Positions 13,548-15,930 of a stretch of 15,930 bases of DNA are shown here, piece after piece; the stretch's first letter is position 1, and each line of letters begins with the position of its first letter. The DNA is from a virus (lineage: Duplodnaviria > Heunggongvirae > Uroviricota > Caudoviricetes). The notes beneath the pieces are model-generated. The model saw nothing but the letters and a program-made list of their open reading frames with translations, searched no databases and was not told the DNA's origin. A program made the position numbers and the translations under genes. The stretch is from IMG/VR virus record IMGVR_UViG_3300042892_003674. One strand, given 5' to 3'.

Positions 13548-15930
13548 TCTCGTACCGACTTTTACTTTCCAAGTACCAGTTGTTATTGTTGCTCTTAATC
13601 TAATATCTGTGCCTGAAATATCTACACTAAACTCTATACCAGCAGTTGATGCTACTAAATCAGTTGTCGATGTATCCGTGTAAGCTACTGTAGATCCATT
13701 AGTAACGGACATTACTGTTCCTGCTCTATATGCACCAGTTATTGAATTACTTACATAATAATCAAAGAATACTCCTGTTGATGATGTTACACCATAAGGT
13801 ATAGTCATAACTGTACTTGTTGTTGCTAATCCGGATACATTTGCACTATTCATATAAAGATCACCCGCGATAGTAACTATCTCATCAGTATTTACTGTTA
13901 AAATAGGAGTACCAGAAATATCACTAACTTGAAATACATCACCGATTAAAGTATCTGTAACAGAGAACAACTGACCTGATGCTCCTAATATATTAAAGGC
14001 TGTTCCTGTTGCACCTAGTACAGTACCTATCTCTAACTTATTACCATTAAAGGTTAAGTTACTATTCGCTAGAGCCGATGTAGTTGATGACCCTGTTGCA
14101 GTTAGTATTCTATAGTCTGCTGGAGTTATAATTGCATTAAAACCTGTCCCTGATGTTCCACTTGTACCAGATGAACCAGAACTACCAGATGTACCAGATG
14201 AACCAGAGCTACCAGATGAACCACTAGAACCTGAACTTCCAGAAGAACCAGAAGTACCAGAGCTACCAGACGAACCAGAAGAACCAGAAGTACCAGAAGA
14301 ACCAGATGTACCAGAACTACCAGACGAACCAGATGTACCAGAACTACCAGATGAACCACTAGAACCTGAACTTCCAGAAGAACCAGATGTACCAGACGAA
14401 CCAGAAGAACCAGATGAACCACTTGTACCAGATGAACCTGAACTACCAGATGAACCTGAACTACCAGATGTACCACTAGAACCAGATGTACCAGAACTAC
14501 CAGATGAACCACTAGAACCTGAACTTCCAGAAGAACCAGATGTACCACTTGTACCAGATGAACCAGAACTACCAGATGTACCAGATGAACCACTTGTACC
14601 AGATGTACCAGATGAACCACTTGTACCAGATGAACCAGAACTACCAGATGAACCCGAAGTACCAGAAGAACCACTTGTACCAGATGAACCAGAAGAACCA
14701 GAGCTACCAGATGAACCAGAAGAACCACTTGTACCAGATGAACCACTAGAACCAGAGCTACCAGAACTACCAGATGAGCCTGAACTTCCAGATGTACCAG
14801 AGCTACCAGATGAACCAGAGCTACCAGATGAACCAGAGCTACCAGATGAACCACTTGTACCAGATGAACCAGAACTACCAGATGTACCTGAACTACCAGA
14901 TGAACCCGAAGTACCAGAAGAACCACTTGTACCAGATGAACCAGAAGAACCAGAGCTACCAGATGAACCAGAAGAACCACTTGTACCAGATGAACCACTA
15001 GAACCAGAGCTACCAGAACTACCAGATGAGCCTGAACTTCCAGATGTACCAGAGCTACCAGATGAACCAGAGCTACCAGATGAACCAGAGCTACCAGATG
15101 AACCACTTGTACCAGATGAACCAGAACTACCAGATGAACCAGATGATCCAGAAGAACCAGATGTACCTGAACTACCAGAAGTACCTGAACTACCAGATGA
15201 ACCAGATGTACCTGAACTACCTGAACTTCCAGATGACCCAGAAGAACCAGAAGTACCTGAACTACCAGATGTACCAGAAGAACCAGATTTACCTGAACTA
15301 CCAGAGCTACCAGAACTACCAGATGAGCCACTAGAACCTGAACTACCAGATGTACCAGAAGAACCAGATGTACCAGATGAGCCGCTAGAACCAGAACTAC
15401 CAGAAGTTCCACTAGAACCAGAAGTACCTGAACTACCAGAAGTTCCACTAGAACCAGAAGTACCAGAGCTACCAGAAGAACCAGAACTTCCAGACGAACC
15501 AGATGAGCCACTAGAACCAGAAGTACCAGAGCTACCAGATGAACCACTAGTACCAGACGAACCACTAGAGCCTGAACTTCCAGAAGAACCACTAGAACCT
15601 GAACTTCCAGACGAACCAGATGTACCAGACGAACCAGATGTACCAGATGAGCCGCTAGAACCAGAACTACCAGATGAACCACTAGAACCAGAAGTACCAG
15701 AAGAACCAGATGTACCAGACGAACCAGAAGTACCTGAACTACCAGATGAGCCACTAGAACCAGATGAACCTGAACTTCCAGATGTACCAGATGAACCACT
15801 AGAACCAGATGAACCTGAACTTCCAGATGTACCAGATGAACCACTAGAACCAGATGAACCTGAACTTCCAGATGTACCAGATGAACCACTAGAACCTGAA
15901 CTTCCAGAAGAACCAGATGTACCAGACGAA
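13539..15930 (-). CDS. Second Gly-Ser/Thr repeat fibre-like protein, 5'-partial (>=796 aa), with C-terminal beta-rich domain
   Basis: The track's 143-aa ORF (TTG at 13970) is only the tail. The frame stays open upstream as (GSS/GTS)n-GTGFNAIITPADYRILTATGSSTTSALANSNLTFNGNKLEIGTVLGATGTAFNILGASGQLFSVTDTL...RAGTVMSVTNGSTVAYTDTSTTD...TWKVKVGTRVI*. The same frame and Gly register hold at 14148 and 15921. Confidence 0.92.
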   Translation of the reverse strand, partial: SSGTSGSSGSSGSSGSSGTSGSSGSSGSSGSSGTSGSSGSSGSSGSSGTSGSSGSSGSSGSSGSSGTSGSSGTSGSSGTSGSSGSSGSSGSSGSSGTSGSSGTSGSSGSSGSSGSSGSSGSSGSSGTSGSSGSSGTSGSSGSSGSSGSSGSSGSSGTSGSSGTSGSSGTSGSSGTSGSSGSSGSSGTSGSSGTSGSSGSSGSSGSSGSSGSSGKSGSSGTSGSSGTSGSSGSSGSSGSSGTSGSSGSSGTSGSSGTSGSSGSSGSSGSSGSSGTSGSSGSSGSSGSSGSSGSSGTSGSSGSSGSSGSSGSSGSSGTSGSSGSSGSSGSSGSSGTSGSSGTSGSSGSSGTSGSSGSSGTSGSSGSSGSSGSSGSSGSSGTSGSSGSSGSSGSSGSSGSSGTSGSSGSSGSSGSSGSSGTSGSSGTSGSSGSSGSSGTSGSSGTSGTSGSSGTSGSSGSSGTSGTSGSSGSSGSSGSSGSSGTSGSSGTSGSSGSSGSSGSSGTSGSSGSSGSSGTSGSSGSSGSSGSSGSSGTSGSSGSSGTSGSSGTSGSSGSSGSSGTSGSSGSSGSSGSSGSSGSSGTSGSSGSSGTSGTSGTGFNAIITPADYRILTATGSSTTSALANSNLTFNGNKLEIGTVLGATGTAFNILGASGQLFSVTDTLIGDVFQVSDISGTPILTVNTDEIVTIAGDLYMNSANVSGLATTSTVMTIPYGVTSSTGVFFDYYVSNSITGAYRAGTVMSVTNGSTVAYTDTSTTDLVASTAGIEFSVDISGTDIRLRATITTGTWKVKVGTRVI
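14142..15930 (-). repeat. Coding Gly-X-Y tandem array (>=198 triplets), containing a 252-nt-period near-tandem duplication and 3 x 45-nt tandem copies
   Basis: Gly codons at 14148, 14166, 15903 and 15921 are all at position = 0 mod 9. 14638-14884 is identical to 14890-15136. A perfect 45-nt unit starts at 15751, 15796 and 15841. Confidence 0.92.

Noticed and set aside
13561-13573. TTGGAAAGTAAA in the 3' end of the 13539 gene, resembling the 5532-5555 hairpin loop
   Set aside because: It simply encodes W-K-V-K and lacks the flanking stem; probably coincidence.
13539-13970. Stand-alone 143-aa gene starting at TTG 13970
   Set aside because: The frame is open upstream through the whole Gly-Ser array, so this is the C-terminal domain of a much longer gene.
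2638-15889. Val/Leu/His-rich minus-strand ORFs (2638-2943, 2944-3906, 3916-5202, 14126-15889) and Gln/Met/Asn-rich plus-strand ORFs (2836-3090, 4465-5226, 14540-15334)
   Set aside because: Alternative-frame readings of the same 9-nt repeat, which happens to be poor in stop codons. They are confined to the repeat.
2636-15930. CRISPR array interpretation of the repeats
   Set aside because: The repeats are contiguous degenerate 9-nt coding units with no constant repeat/unique spacer alternation and no cas genes.

Overview
An AT-rich window in which every credible gene lies on the minus strand, tightly packed (spacers of 1-86 nt, one TAATG overlap). It looks like a virion surface/fibre/adhesin cluster of a large tailed phage, possibly Bacteroidota-infecting. 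That origin is inferred from gene content, operon-like packing and the absence of Shine-Dalgarno motifs; no hallmark capsid, terminase or replication gene is present. The ORF track misses or truncates the two most striking genes. (1) A >=1841-aa ORF starts at 5524 and runs off the left edge: N-terminal beta-domain, 286 in-register Gly-X-Y triplets with X/Y almost all Ser/Thr, then about 34 copies of a 17-aa NTAxG repeat with two inserted 'GSGY' modules. (2) A >=796-aa ORF enters from the right edge: >=198 Gly-Ser/Thr-Ser triplets and a C-terminal beta-domain, ending at 13539. Between them are five paralogous concanavalin-A/LamG-like lectin genes, two small acidic genes and an unannotated 18-codon mini-ORF. 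The long Pro/Glu-rich and Val/Leu-rich ORFs in the track are frame shadows of the Gly-Ser repeats. No tRNA, rRNA, CRISPR array, transposase or reverse transcriptase was seen. All domain names come from manual motif recognition, not database searches.
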